NCBI RefSeq assembly: GCF_009914755.1
Contig: NC_060928.1
Origin: the human T2T-CHM13v2.0 reference genome, Homo sapiens
Reading direction: 5' to 3' (one strand)
Length of the DNA: 64,000 nucleotides
A program made the position numbers and the translations under genes. The notes under the pieces were generated by a model. The model ran no database searches and had not been told where the DNA came from. It saw only the letters and a program-made list of their open reading frames with translations. Each line of letters starts with the position of its first letter. The stretch's first letter is position 1. Shown piece by piece: positions 11,761 through 26,016 of this stretch.

Positions 11761-12504
11761 GGAACAAGAATAACCCTGCATCAAGAAAGGAGTCCTCCTA
11801 TAGCAACTAAAAAAAAAGTGTGTCTGGAGCTAAGCATGCAACATTGAGGAAATCAAGAAGTGAAAATAGAGTGCAAATCCAGTGATAGAATTCCAGATGG
11901 AGTTTAGGGGCAGGACCACAATCCTGGAAGGGAGGGAAAGCTGAAGGGAAAGAAAGGCAGCCCTGCAGGCACAGGGATTCTTGGGAATTCACCGGACAGG
12001 AACTGTGAGGCTGGGACAGACATCTGGTGGGAGGTAGGCTGGCTCAGTCAAATCTAAGATGGGATGTCTCTTATGATCACTTATTTCAGGAATGGTCACC
12101 CATGTGAGAGTGCTGGGGCAGAGAGGACTGGGAGTGTGCCAGGAAGGGACCCTGTGATACAGGATGATACATGATCAGAAGAAATGAGCGAGTGGATGCA
12201 TCCCTAAACAAGAGTGTCAAGAGAATAATGTAGAAGTGGAGAGCTATGGGGAAGGTAGTTTTGAAGCTAAATGTGCAGACTCTGGACAGACATTCTTTCA
12301 TGAAGAACCCTGAGCTTCTTGCCAGGAGAACAGTTCCTTATAAGCTGCCCAAGACCAGACAAGATAAATAAAGGGAATTAATCTGTTAGAAATTAATGTC
12401 TCAGGAATATGCAGAAACGTACTAATGAACCCCAGAACCTAAGGTTACAGCAGAGCTGGGATAGTTACACTGGATGCTGTTACTTCAATTAAATCAGAGA
12501 TCTC

Positions 12505-12781
12505 AGCCGGGCACAGTAGCTCACGCCTGTAATCCCAGTACTTTGGGAGGCCAAGGTGGGCAAATCACGAGGTCAGGAGATCAAGACCATCCTGGCCAAC
12601 ATGGTGAAATCCCCTCTCTACTAAAATACAAAAATTAGCTGGGCGTGGTAGTGGGTGCCTGTAATCCCAGCTATTTGGGAGGCTGAGGCAGGAGAATCAC
12701 TTCAACTCAGGAGGCAGAGGCTGCAGTGAGCCGAGATCGTACCACTGCACTCCAGCCTGGCAACAGAGTGAGACTCTGTCT

Positions 12782-12820
<39 letters not shown>
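12505..12820 (+). mobile_element. Alu (AluSc-like) with a pure 39-nt poly(A) run
   Basis: GATCAAGACCATCCTGGCC and CCTGGCAACAGAG; TSD AAATCAGAGATCTC at 12491-12504 and 12819-12832. Confidence 0.95.
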
Positions 12821-12824
<4 letters not shown>

Positions 12825-12959
12825 GAGATCTCCATGGGCTCAGCTTTCAATTTTCAAGAGGGGCTCATCAATGGTCCTTGCAATGGGAGAAAATAGGCAA
12901 GACCTGGTATCCTATGATTCTTGACTCTTGGCCAATTTGAGATCGTGCACTATTTCATG

Positions 12960-13146
12960 CAGTGGTTCTTAAACTTTAGTATGTGTTAGAATAATACTGA
13001 AATTCTTGCTAAAATTCTGATTTCTAGGAACCACCTACAGCCTCTCTGATTCAGTAGGTCAGGAGTTGAGCTCAGATATAGGTATTTTAAGACTTGCAGG
13101 TGATTCTGAGACCAAAAAGTTGGCAGATCACACTTTGAAAACACTT
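12960..13146. mobile_element. MER5 (hAT-Charlie) MITE
   Basis: CAGTGGTTCTTAAACTT...CTGATTCAGTAGGTC...CACACTTTGAAAACAC termini. Confidence 0.7.
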
Positions 13147-13165
13147 ATTTAGCACTTAAAATTTG

Positions 13166-13402
13166 GCATAGGGGTGATTAGAAGTATGGGCTCTGCAGCC
13201 AGGCTGCCTATCTATCAATGCCCAACTCTGTCACTTCCCATGATCTCCAAGAAGGCCAATAATTTGTGCCTCAGTTTTTTCAGCTGTAAAAGGGGGTCAT
13301 AATACCCACCTGACTGGTTTATGGCAAATATTAAACAAGTTAGTAAGTATAAAATACAGTACCTGGCACAGTTTGTGTACTCAGCTAATGTTAGCAATTA
13401 TC
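13166..13402 (+). mobile_element. MIR SINE
   Basis: TGCCTCAGTTTTTTCAGCTGTAAAAGGGG...TACCTGGCACAG. Confidence 0.75.
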
Positions 13403-14121
13403 AACTGCAAAGAAATATCAATGTTGCTTGAAAAAATGTTCAGTGAAACTTACATGTGTAATTCTAACATTACACATGTAGCCTTGTGGATTTTTGCAGT
13501 GCTATAGATTCATGGTAAAACAAAGAAGAAAAATTATCTAAACATCCATTTCTATCTCAAACAATCTTTCACATACTTCACTGTTAGTGTCTGCCCTTCC
13601 TGAATCCCTTAAACACAGAAGAATTATTTGAAAATGTTAACATGGTAGAAAGTTAGATACAATATTGGAAATGTTGACCAAATGGTGGCAAAGATGACCG
13701 TCATCCATGTTACAGGGTTCTTGCCTGTCAGCTCTTGGAGGGTGGTGTACATGATGGCCACTGATGGGGTCCCATTTATCCACCCATCCACCTACCCATT
13801 GTACTAGCCCATCCACAATATCAACTTCTCACAGCACACTCTGCACTGGGCACTTAGGTGGACATAATGACAAGGCCCTGACTCTGAGTTGGTACAGGGA
13901 AAACAAAGATGGCAACTTTGACCCCTATAATTATCAGCTATTCTCTCTATAAGAATGTAAGACAGGAAATACTCTCCCCATTTTTATGAATGAGGAATCT
14001 AGAGCCCAAAAAGTTTACATGGCTCATAAAATAAGAAAGTTATGATTCAAACCCAGGTCTTGTCCCCCACTTACTACTCTTTCTGTACAACAAAAGGAGA
14101 GACTATTAAAAATAAAGTTCA

Positions 14122-14704
<583 letters not shown>

Positions 14705-14784
14705 TTATTCAATGGTTGTAAGGAGACACTGAGAAAGGGTATTTTCATACTTGCTTTTGAAAATACGTAGCAGAACCATATCAG

Positions 14785-15010
14785 AGTAGTTCCATCTATT
14801 GAGCACCTACTCTGTAGTATGAATTTTAAGTAGGTTGTCTCATATAATACTGAAAACAACTAAGAGAGGTAGGAATTGGCTTCCACATTAACAAAAGAGT
14901 AACTGAGCTTCAGCATAGTTTTTCCAGAGGGGCAGGACTTGTAAGTGATGGAAGAGTCACTATTTGAACCCAGGTCTGATTCCAGTCTGCATGCTCTTGA
15001 TTTTACACCA
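14785..15010 (-). mobile_element. MIR SINE
   Basis: TATTGAGCACCTACT...AACTGAG...ATTTGAACCCAGGTCTGATTCCAG. Confidence 0.7.
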
Positions 15011-15319
15011 GCTGCCACAAGTTAATGGACCCAAAACACTCTCATTCCTTTCTCTCCTGATTCTTTAATGCTAAGTCTGCTAAAACCTGTTCTCATTACT
15101 TGACATTTCTCCCAAATCTGTTTCTCATGTGTTTCGTCCTTCTGTGAGTCCCTCGGCAATCATCCCAATCAGCCAGGCTTGACTCCTTTCTTCCAATCAT
15201 CCTCCCAATCCAATCTGTTTGCAAGTCCTGGCAATTCTAATTCTGTCTTCATTTTCATGCCATTCCCCTCGCTCCTTGCCAACAGGAACCACCTACTGCA
15301 ATTCCTCACTATCTCCAGC

Positions 15320-15781
15320 TTGCTAGGTTGAAAGAACCAATAAAATGACCTCCAGTGATCCCCGCCTGCTGTTATTTACACCTTGTGGAATCAGTTCCCC
15401 TTGAGTGTGGACCAGGCTTGGCAACTTGCTTCACATGTGGCACATGTGATGGTATATTCCTTCCATGATTAGGTAACCAAAAGACTATGGTTTCCATCTT
15501 GCTACCTACCCCTCTCTTGCTCTCTTGCTTCTCTGTTGGAAGCTGGCTGCCATGTTATGAGCTGCCCTATGGAAAGGCTCACAGGGAGGAACTGAGGCAG
15601 TCTCCAGTGAATGGTCATTGAGGAGCTTAGGCTGCCAGTCCAACAGCCCTTGAGGAGCTGAATCCTGCCAATAACTACCCCCAGATTTCTGACCTACAGA
15701 AACTGTGAGATAACAAATGCTTGTTGTTTTAAACTGCTAAATTTTAGATAATTTGTTATGCAGCAATAGATAACTAGTATG
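15320..15781 (+). mobile_element. MLT1 (E/F-like) LTR inserted in an L2 remnant
   Basis: TTCCCCTTGAGTGTGG...GAAACTGTGAGATAACAAATG...TTGTTATGCAGCAATAGATAACTA. Confidence 0.75.
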
Positions 15782-15973
15782 TTTTAAATGGATATTCCCA
15801 AATCCAGAATTGTTCATTTTTCTGCTGCCACATTAAACTTCTAGAAATACAGTTCTGTTTATGTCATTCCTATGTTCAACAACCTTCAAAGACTTTCCAT
15901 TTGCCTTTAGAAAATATGTAAGCTTTTCAGCTTGACAATGATGATGGTTTATCACCAGTTCCCAACATATCAG

Positions 15974-16340
15974 GGTATTAGTCCATTTTCACACTGCTGA
16001 TAAAGACATACCCAAGACAGGGTAATATATAAAGGAAAAGAAGTTCAATGGACTCACAGTTCCACGTGGCTGGGGAGGCCTCACAATCCTGGTGGAAGGC
16101 AAAAGGTACATCTTAAATGGCAGCAGACAAAGAGAGAATGAGAATGAGAGCCAAGTGAAAGCTGAAACTCTTATAGAACCATTGGATCTCGTAAGACTTA
16201 TTCACAACCATGGGAACAGTATGGGGGAAACCACTCCCATGATTCACTTATTTCCCACTGGGTCCCTCCCACAACACATGGGAATTATGGAAGCTACAAT
16301 TCAAGATGAGATTTGGGTGGCGATACACCAAGCCGTATCA
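15974..16340 (-). mobile_element. THE1 solo LTR
   Basis: GTATTAGTCCATTTTCACACTGCTGATAAAGACATACCC...ATTCAAGATGAGATTTGGGTGG...CCGTATCA. Confidence 0.9.
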
Positions 16341-17053
16341 ATTAGTTAATAATTAAGAATTATTTGATAGTTGAAGGCAATAATGTATAATTCAGATATC
16401 AACTGAGGCCACACTGTTCCCTTGGGGACTAAATAAGATTGGCTCTAACCACAGATATACATTTTGTAAAAAATCCAACACCCTTCTCAAGGTTTTTATC
16501 AATTCCTGGTGGGTTTATGTTCTCACACTCACCTCTAGCTTTTTTTGCTTTTGCTGAATTAAATCAGTGTATAGATGATCTCTCTATCCCACATGTGCTA
16601 CTATTCCACATAATGTCAGCCCAGATGTACAACTCAGTCCCTTTCCTTGACACCCACACAACCACACACATACACATTTCATATAAGATTGTTATGTAAA
16701 GTAGATTTTACTAGATTTTGAGGATTTTCTTTACAGTTCAAATAACTTAAACTGAATATTAGACATCACTGTTAAAATATTTTTGAAGGTGAAAAAATAA
16801 TATAAATTCATTTTGATTTGTCTTTGCATAGAGAATCACTGGAAAGATACCATAAAAACTAAAAAAGAAATTATCTATGGAGGAGAGGGGTGGAATGAGG
16901 TGGATAGGGACAAAATTTGCACTAAGACATTATGCTATATTTCTCAATATTGTTTTGATTTATGAACCATGTAAATGTATTTTTTCAGAAATTCAAAATT
17001 AAAAAGTAAAATTTAAAAATTTAAAAATTATTTAGACCCCCCCATTAGAATAA

Positions 17054-17380
<327 letters not shown>

Positions 17381-17949
17381 TGGATTCTTAATTCTCACTC
17401 TCCCCTCCCATTTCTCCTCCTTAGCTCTATTTAGGGTTAAGTCCTTTCCTGCTCCAATCCAGATTTTTCTCACTTCCAATTTAGTTAAGCTCTATTTTGT
17501 CCTTACTCTCAAATGTGGCTCTAAACCTTTGCACATCAGAACCTCATAAATGTGCTTATATAAACAATGTCCAAAGAGAAACCTAGCCATGGTACTTTTA
17601 AATGCAATTCCTGCCTCACCCTCCCATCCCCAGGATACAGAAAAAGAGGGGTCTAGTGAGGAAGAGTTGTTGATGAAGTTGTGATAGTACAGAGAATTTG
17701 GAAGGGAGAAAATCCAATAGGTAAGAAAAAAGAATATCAAAGGCAAACTGTGCTTAATAGAGAACTCTGCTTGGGGCCAACCTGATTGTGTTATCCAACC
17801 TTCTCCTGACATTTTTGTTGAGAATGTGTGTCCCAGATAAGTTAACAAAAAAAGCTTGTCTCTAATGAAACAACTTTTTTAAGTGACTTCTAATTCTGTA
17901 GTATAACTTTAAAATATTGATTTTTTTTAATTGAGCAAAAGTTTAAACT

Positions 17950-19040
17950 GATGTCTCATGACAGACAATATGCAAATGGTTAATGAACATGAAAAGATGT
18001 ACAGTTTCATCAATCATCAGGGAAATGCAAATTAAAACCACAATGAGATGCACTGCATGCTTATCATAAGGCTTAAATGTAACAGACAATACCAAGTGTC
18101 AGCAAGGTTGTAGAGAACTACTGGTGGAAGTGTAAATTGACACAATCACCTTGGAAAACTGGCAATATCTACTAAAGCTGAGCCTCTGCAGCACAAGAAT
18201 ATCATCAGACCCAGCTACTTCACTCCCGGGTATATTCCAAAGAGATATGTGTACATATGTCCCAAAATCTAGAAGCTTCTCAAAATGTCCTTCAGTAGCA
18301 GAATGGATAAATAAATTGTGAATTTCATGCATTGGTCTATTATACAGCAAGATAAGTTAGTAAACATAATTTAAGTGGAAGAAACCATACACCAAGAACT
18401 TCTGTCTTAGTCTATTTTCTGCTGCTACAACAGAGTACAATAGACTGGGTAAATTATGAAGAACAGTTTATTTGGCTCACCATTTTTGAGGCTGGGAAGT
18501 CTGAGAACATGGCACCATGATCTGGTGAGGGTTATCCCATGGTGGAAAGCATCCCACAGCAAGTAAGTGCAAAAGACAGAAAGGAAATTGGAGCTGAACT
18601 TATCCTTTGATTAGAAGCCCTTTCCCTTGATAACTGACCCACTTCCAAAATAATGGCATTAATTCATTCATCATGGGAAGCCCTCATGACCTAATCACCT
18701 CCTAAAGGCCCCATCTCTTAATACTGTTACAATGGAAATTAAGTTCTCAACACATGAAATTTTAGGGGACACATTAAAACCATAGAAAATTCATATTCTA
18801 TTATTCTGTTTTCATAAAGTTGAAAACAAGCAAAACTAATCTGAGATTTGAGAAGCCAAGAGAGTAGTCATTTTTGGGGAATGGCTATTTACTGAAAGGG
18901 GGGTAAAATGAGACTTTTGGTGTCTTGGCTAGGGTCTATTTCTTAATCCCGGTGCTGGGTTCATGGAGGCGTTTGCACTGTGAAGATTTATCAAAATGCA
19001 CACTAATGATTTATGCACTTTTTCTGTATGTGTGTTTACA
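17950..19040 (+). mobile_element. Old L1M ORF2 end/3' UTR, split by a MaLR LTR
   Basis: CATCAGGGAAATGCAAATTAAAACCACAATGAGAT; resumes after about 18790. Confidence 0.75.
18402..18787 (-). mobile_element. MST-family LTR
   Basis: TGTCTTAGTCTATTTTCTGCTGCTACAACAGA...GCCCTCATGACCTAATCACCTC...GGGGACACATT. Confidence 0.8.
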
Positions 19041-19136
19041 CACATACAGAAATTTACTGTTTACAAACAGTAAACTATACTCCAAAAAAAACTGTCTGTT
19101 TTCAAAGACCTTATCAACAAGCTTATTTTTAGTATC

Positions 19137-19542
19137 TGGTATGGTCTGAATGTTTGTGTCCCTCCAAAATTCATGTTGAAACTTTGTCCTCTTTGTGGTA
19201 GTATTAAGAGATGGAGCCTTTGAGGAAGTGATTAAGTTATGAGGGCTCCTCCATCGTGGATAGATCAATGCCCTTATAAAAGAAGCTTCGGAAATCTGCC
19301 TGGACCTTCCATTTCTTCTTCCATGTGAGGACACAGCATTCATCCCTTTTTGTCCCTTTCCACCATGTGAGAACACCACAAGGAGGTGTCATCTTAGAAG
19401 CAAAAAGCAGCCCTCACCAAACACTGAATCTACCAGTGCTTTGATCTGGGACTTCCCAGGCCCTAGAACTGTGAGAAAGTAAATTTCTGCTCTTTGCAAA
19501 TGATTCAGTCCCAAGTATTTTGTTATAGTAGCACAAACACAG
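19137..19542 (+). mobile_element. MST/MLT1A-family LTR
   Basis: TATGGTCTGAATGTTTGTGTCCCTCCAAAATTCATGTTGAAA...TATTTTGTTATAGTAGCA. Confidence 0.8.
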
Positions 19543-19811
19543 TATCATTTATCCATATTTTTGAAACTACCCACTTCAAATGTAAATTCCATGAGGACAG
19601 GTTTTTGTCTGTTTTTTGCATAAATATTTGCTAAATAAATTAATGAAGGAATTAAACTCAATTATTGACATCAAGGGCTAACCAATGACTGTCTTTGATT
19701 ATTAAGAATAAATTCTAGCCTAGATACTTAGACTTGTAGGTATTAAAAAATCACCTGAACATAGTGATAAACTTTTCATAATATATGGAATATTATGAAG
19801 AGCTTAACATT

Positions 19812-20050
19812 TAACAGCATGTGGTCAGGGAATGAATTCAAATTCAGGCTTTGCCACTCATTAACTGTGTGTGACTTTGAGCCATTTATTTAACTCCTTC
19901 CAGCTTCAGTGTCTTCATGAGTGAAATGGAAATAATAATGCTAACTACTCCATGAGTTAATGGGAAGAGTAAGTGAGAGTATGGTTTTTAAACACTTAGC
20001 ACACTGCTGGACATGTATTGAAAGTGTTCCATAAATATTTGCTATTATTG
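19812..20050 (+). mobile_element. MIR SINE
   Basis: TTCAAATTCAGGCTTTGCCACT...CTTCAGTGTCTTCATGAGTGAAATGGAAATAATAAT. Confidence 0.7.
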
Positions 20051-20539
20051 CTTCAACAAATAGTTAATTTAGTCACAATTTGTATATCATGAAGATATTT
20101 TTTAGTTATATCTTATGTTAAATTTAACTGTAACTTGAGAAATTTGAAAAGCCTTCATTCCACTGATTATTTTTATTCTGCTCCTTAACCAGCTGTGTGA
20201 CCTCAGGCAGGTCACTTCACCTCTCTGGGGCTAATTTTCCTCAGACATCAAATGAAGAATATGAAATAAGCTATCTCAGATTGAAGATCCTGACAATGCT
20301 AACATTGTATATATTCATGTTTTGGCTTCTATACCTTCCTAACTGCATCTTCCCACTATCCCCCAAACCCTTCACACATCCCATATGTTAATCAAAAAGA
20401 AGGGCTGACAATTTTAAGTGCTCTCCCAACAGCAGGCCTTTGCTTTTATCTCAGTAGGTCCATACCTATTTGGAGTGCCTCTCCTAGATTTTGCCCTGCT
20501 GGATTGCATCTGTCTCCCTTTTAAAATCCTATCTATATG

Positions 20540-20656
20540 CCTAGTCTATATGCCTCTTTTAGACTATCCTAGTCTATATAGACTAGTCTATATAGACTAT
20601 CCTAGTCTATATAGACTAGTCTATATAGACTATCCTAGTCTATATGCCTCTTTTAG
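20540..20656. repeat. 33-bp tandem repeat built from perfect 30-bp palindromes, bracketed by a 23-bp direct repeat
   Basis: TAGTCTATATAGACTAGTCTATATAGACTA at 20570-20599 and 20603-20632; CCTAGTCTATATGCCTCTTTTAG at 20540-20562 and 20634-20656. Confidence 0.95.
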
Positions 20657-22211
20657 TTACTTATTTACATTTTATATCTTATTCCAGACTCTGAGCTCTT
20701 TTGAGAGAAACATACTTATGTTGCCTAAGTGCACTTTGCCCATCATAGATGTTTATCAAGAATTTGTTGAATTACTTCACCTAAGACTGTTAATACTATC
20801 AAGCCATTCCTTATACCACAAAAGAAATCTAGTATTTTCTTTAAAATATCTGACTAAATGACTAATATCTTATTTAAATTTGAAAAATATTTAAAGTATC
20901 TGATTAAATGACCATCATTATTTTGTAGCTCAACATGTTCCGCATCTAGGTTTGACATGAGACACCTAAAACAACTGAATCTGGTAATTACTATACCATG
21001 GTGGGGTTCGAGAAAGGATGACCATACATGTCTGTCTGAAAAAGTGTATGTTAGTTTCTAAGACTGAACTTCACTTCCTTCCTACGTAGGGCAGCAGGGT
21101 TATGACAGAAGAGCTGACTCTATTTGACTCATGTTGGTCCCCTTTCCCTCTTTGGCCTCCTGGGCATAACAGATGCAAAAAGTAAAAAAGGCTCTGCACC
21201 GTTACAGCTAAGCCAGGAGAACCATCCCCAGGGAGAGCTCAGTTAACCTTCCTTAGTTGCTAACTATCTTTTGCAGGTTGTTTCTAAATTAAGCTCTGTA
21301 GACTAGCAGCTTTCAATCTTGCCACGCTCAAAGCAGACTGCTCTTGCTCCCGTGAGTAATTCCTAAGGAAATCATAGCTATCATAAGCTATGCAGGGGTA
21401 AGAACTAATCTCCAGACCGGAGGTGTTTTCAGGGTAATAGGTTTTTGTTTTTTAATGTCATTTTTCAGTTAGAGATGTAACATAATGATGTAGAAGACCA
21501 GCCAATTAAAATGTGGATGTCTTTCAAACAAGAGCCTTCACAAAATGCTTCTCAAAGAAAAGGCAGGTTGCCTCAGTAAGAAAATCATGACAGTTGACAG
21601 ACAATCAGTCATGAAAACAGGCAGGTGAGCTGAGAACTTCCTTCTCTGCTTCTCTCAGGTTTCACTGCCTGAAAAAGCCAAATGTCAGACCTCTTGTTCT
21701 AGGTGGGGTTTTTTTGATCCACAGAAGAACTTTATCCTGTGGTGAATCATTGTTACATTGTCAAGGATGATGAAGGATGTTCAGTCAGACATGTTTTGTT
21801 GAATTTATTAAAAGGTACCCCAATCTTGAGTACAGCCTTACTGGAGAGCAATCTGAAAATACTTATTCAAGGTTTTTAAATGTCTGTCCTCTGACCAGGA
21901 AATTGCACTTCTGGACAATCAACATAGAAAAGCACTCAAGGATTTATTCCAAATACGTACTTATAAAAATATTTGTATCATAACTATTTGTAACAGCACA
22001 AGTTTGAAAAACCCAAATGCCCAACAATAGAGGTTTGGTTCAATTATGGCACAGTCACGTGCTCAGATACTACTCAACTCTTTAATGTTATAGAAAAATG
22101 CAACTAGTGACATACAAAGATATTCATATATTTACCTTAAAATATGTTATACCCCATTTTTAAAAACTAAACAGTTGAAATGTGTTGAATAATTACTATG
22201 TGCTAGATATA

Positions 22212-22555
22212 CAGTTGGACCTCCATATCCATGGGTTCCACACATGTGTATCCAACCAACTACAGTTCAAAAATATTTGGAATAAAAATGAATGATTGCC
22301 TCTGTACTGAACATGTTCAGATTTTCTCCTGCCATTATTCTTGATACAATACAGTATAACAACTATTTACATAGCATTTACATTGTATTAGGTATTATAA
22401 AGTAATGTAGACATGATTTAGTGTATATAGGAAGATGTGTGCAAGTTATATGTAAATACTATGCTATTTTACATCAGGGATTTGGGCATCCTTGGATTTT
22501 GATATCTCCGGAGGGGTCCTGGGACCAATCTCCTATGGATATAGAGGGACAACTG
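22212..22555. mobile_element. MER2 (TcMar-Tigger) MITE
   Basis: TIRs CAGTTGGACCTCCATATCCATGG and CCTATGGATATAGAGGGACAACTG, TA on both flanks, 344 bp. Confidence 0.85.
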
Positions 22556-22621
22556 TACTGCTAAACATTTATATGCACCTTATTTAATTCTAAAACAGTT
22601 CCACGAGGTAGGTACAGTATG

Positions 22622-24078
<1,457 letters not shown>

Positions 24079-25614
24079 ATTATTATTACCTTCATTTCAC
24101 AAATGATGAATATGCTCAAGGTCGCATGAGTGGTAAGAGGCTGAGCCACAGAAAATAAGTGCCTGCGTGACAGACAGCAAGTGAGAGAGAGAGATGAGGG
24201 AATGATATTGAAAGGATCTAACAGGATCTGTTGCAAGATGTATGTGATTATGAGTATTTTCTTCTTTTTTGTGAGTATTTTCTGTGGTTCTTTTTTCTAT
24301 AATGAGCCTGAGCTGTGTTCATACTTGGAATTTCTTAGTCTCTCAAATGTATTTCTTCTCCTTGATTCTTTCAAGATGGCCTTATATATACAGGAAATAA
24401 TTCTGGCTCATGTGATCCCACGGTTGGTGGAATGGTAGGAAGATGTGGATCCATGCAGTGTCTTCTACCTCTTGCCAGGCTCTGCTGCAGAGTGGCTGGT
24501 CTCAGTGGCTGCTTGAATGGGTGAATATTGAGTTGCAACGAATCCTATCCTACTTTTTGGAGAGTGTTCCACTCTTTCTGACCACGTGAACTTTGATCTT
24601 CTTGCTCTCCATTGTCAAACACCTCCTCTCCCCAGCCCTAGGCTCTACCTACCAAGATCCTCTAAGAGCCACAGTGCTTTCCTAAATCAGCATCTGGGCA
24701 CACCTGAACTCCATTACTGCTTTGTGTAAGCTGAGGCATTATCTTTTTAGCTCACTCCTGCTGGTACCTCTATATCGTCTCTCTGAATCCTGTTGAAAAT
24801 GGTCGTATGTCTGGCTTCTCTTGGAGACTTCCAGCCTTCTCCAGATCATGTAAGCAGGTAGGCTTCCTCTGGATGATTCTTCCCCCATCACCATTTGAAA
24901 TCTTCCTTCTCCCAAAGCTTATTCTTCCTTCTTCTTTCTATCAGATTGGGACTTTCCTTAAATAAATCTTTATGAACCAGTACACCAGGGCCTGCTCTTC
25001 ATATGTTGAAAGACAGGATAAAGGAACTTTAAAGTTGTATTCTTCCAAAATGCCCAGCTTTCAAAACCATCATTGCAAAATCCTATTTTGGATGCCAGAA
25101 GAACAATATTAACTTTATCTTGATATTTTCTGTTGCAACAATCTGAAACCTTTTCAGTAAATTAGTCAATAATTAAAAGGATACCCTTGAAAGACATAGA
25201 GGAGGTCAGTTCAAGAACATTAGAAAACATAATACCTGTATTTGAATTTTGCTTGCACATTATTATAGAAAAGGTTAAAATTAAGCAGAAAGATTTTGTG
25301 GTTAGGGAACAGGACAAATTATGAGGGCTCTCTGAGTTATAGAAAAGAGCTAAATTAGGAAGGGCTTGGGAATAATGGTTAGATATTTTGTCTTTCTATA
25401 AAGGTTTGTAGAAAGAACTCCAACACATTTTTTTAGAATGCTAGGTGGTGGGCTCTGAATGTGAGTTAGAACAGAAAGGCAAATTTGTAAACAGTCACAC
25501 AAAAGTACCAGTCAAATACGTAGGATACATTGAAAGAAAAGTAAATGAAGCCAACTTAGACGAACAAAAACAGGTGATGATGGAGAACCAGGTGCAACCA
25601 CTTGCAACAAAAGT

Positions 25615-25875
25615 TATCAAGTAGAAGGAGCCTGAGCTTTGAGGTCAAACAGAACACAGATTAAATTCTAACTTTGCTAATTGCTAACAGTATTAATCAA
25701 ACTTCTCTCTCTTACCATTGGGTTCTTTATCTAAAAATGAAGATGGCAATACCTAACTTAATGAGTTACACAGAGAATAAAAATCAAATAATGAGTGAAT
25801 GAGAGTAAATAACATATTTGAATTTCTCATAGCAGTGTGTGGCATGTAATAATACTCAGTAAATGTTGGCTAAAC
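25615..25875 (+). mobile_element. MIR SINE
   Basis: TTTATCTAAAAATGAAGATGGCAATACCTAACTT...ATACTCAGTAAATGTTGGCT. Confidence 0.6.
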
Positions 25876-25981
25876 AACACACACCATCATCACCATTATT
25901 ACAAGAAGCAGAGAGTATATATATATATATATATATATAATCTCCTTAGAAAAAAGCTCTGGTTGGAAATACCACAGGGGA

Positions 25982-26016
<35 letters not shown>

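Noticed and set aside
11880-12450. Possible ancient LTR ending GGTTACA
   Set aside because: I could not assign a family or a matching start/TSD from sequence alone.
20560-20645. CRISPR-like palindromic repeats
   Set aside because: There are no unique spacers (only TCC between copies), no cas genes, and the context is primate genomic DNA.
20418-20861. 147-aa ORF with repeated DYPSLYRLVYI
   Set aside because: The peptide repeat only reflects the 33-bp palindromic DNA repeat; non-ATG start and no protein-family resemblance.
24400-25150. Possible processed pseudogene in apparently unique sequence
   Set aside because: No ORF in the track, no recognisable protein similarity on manual reading, and no poly(A) or TSD.
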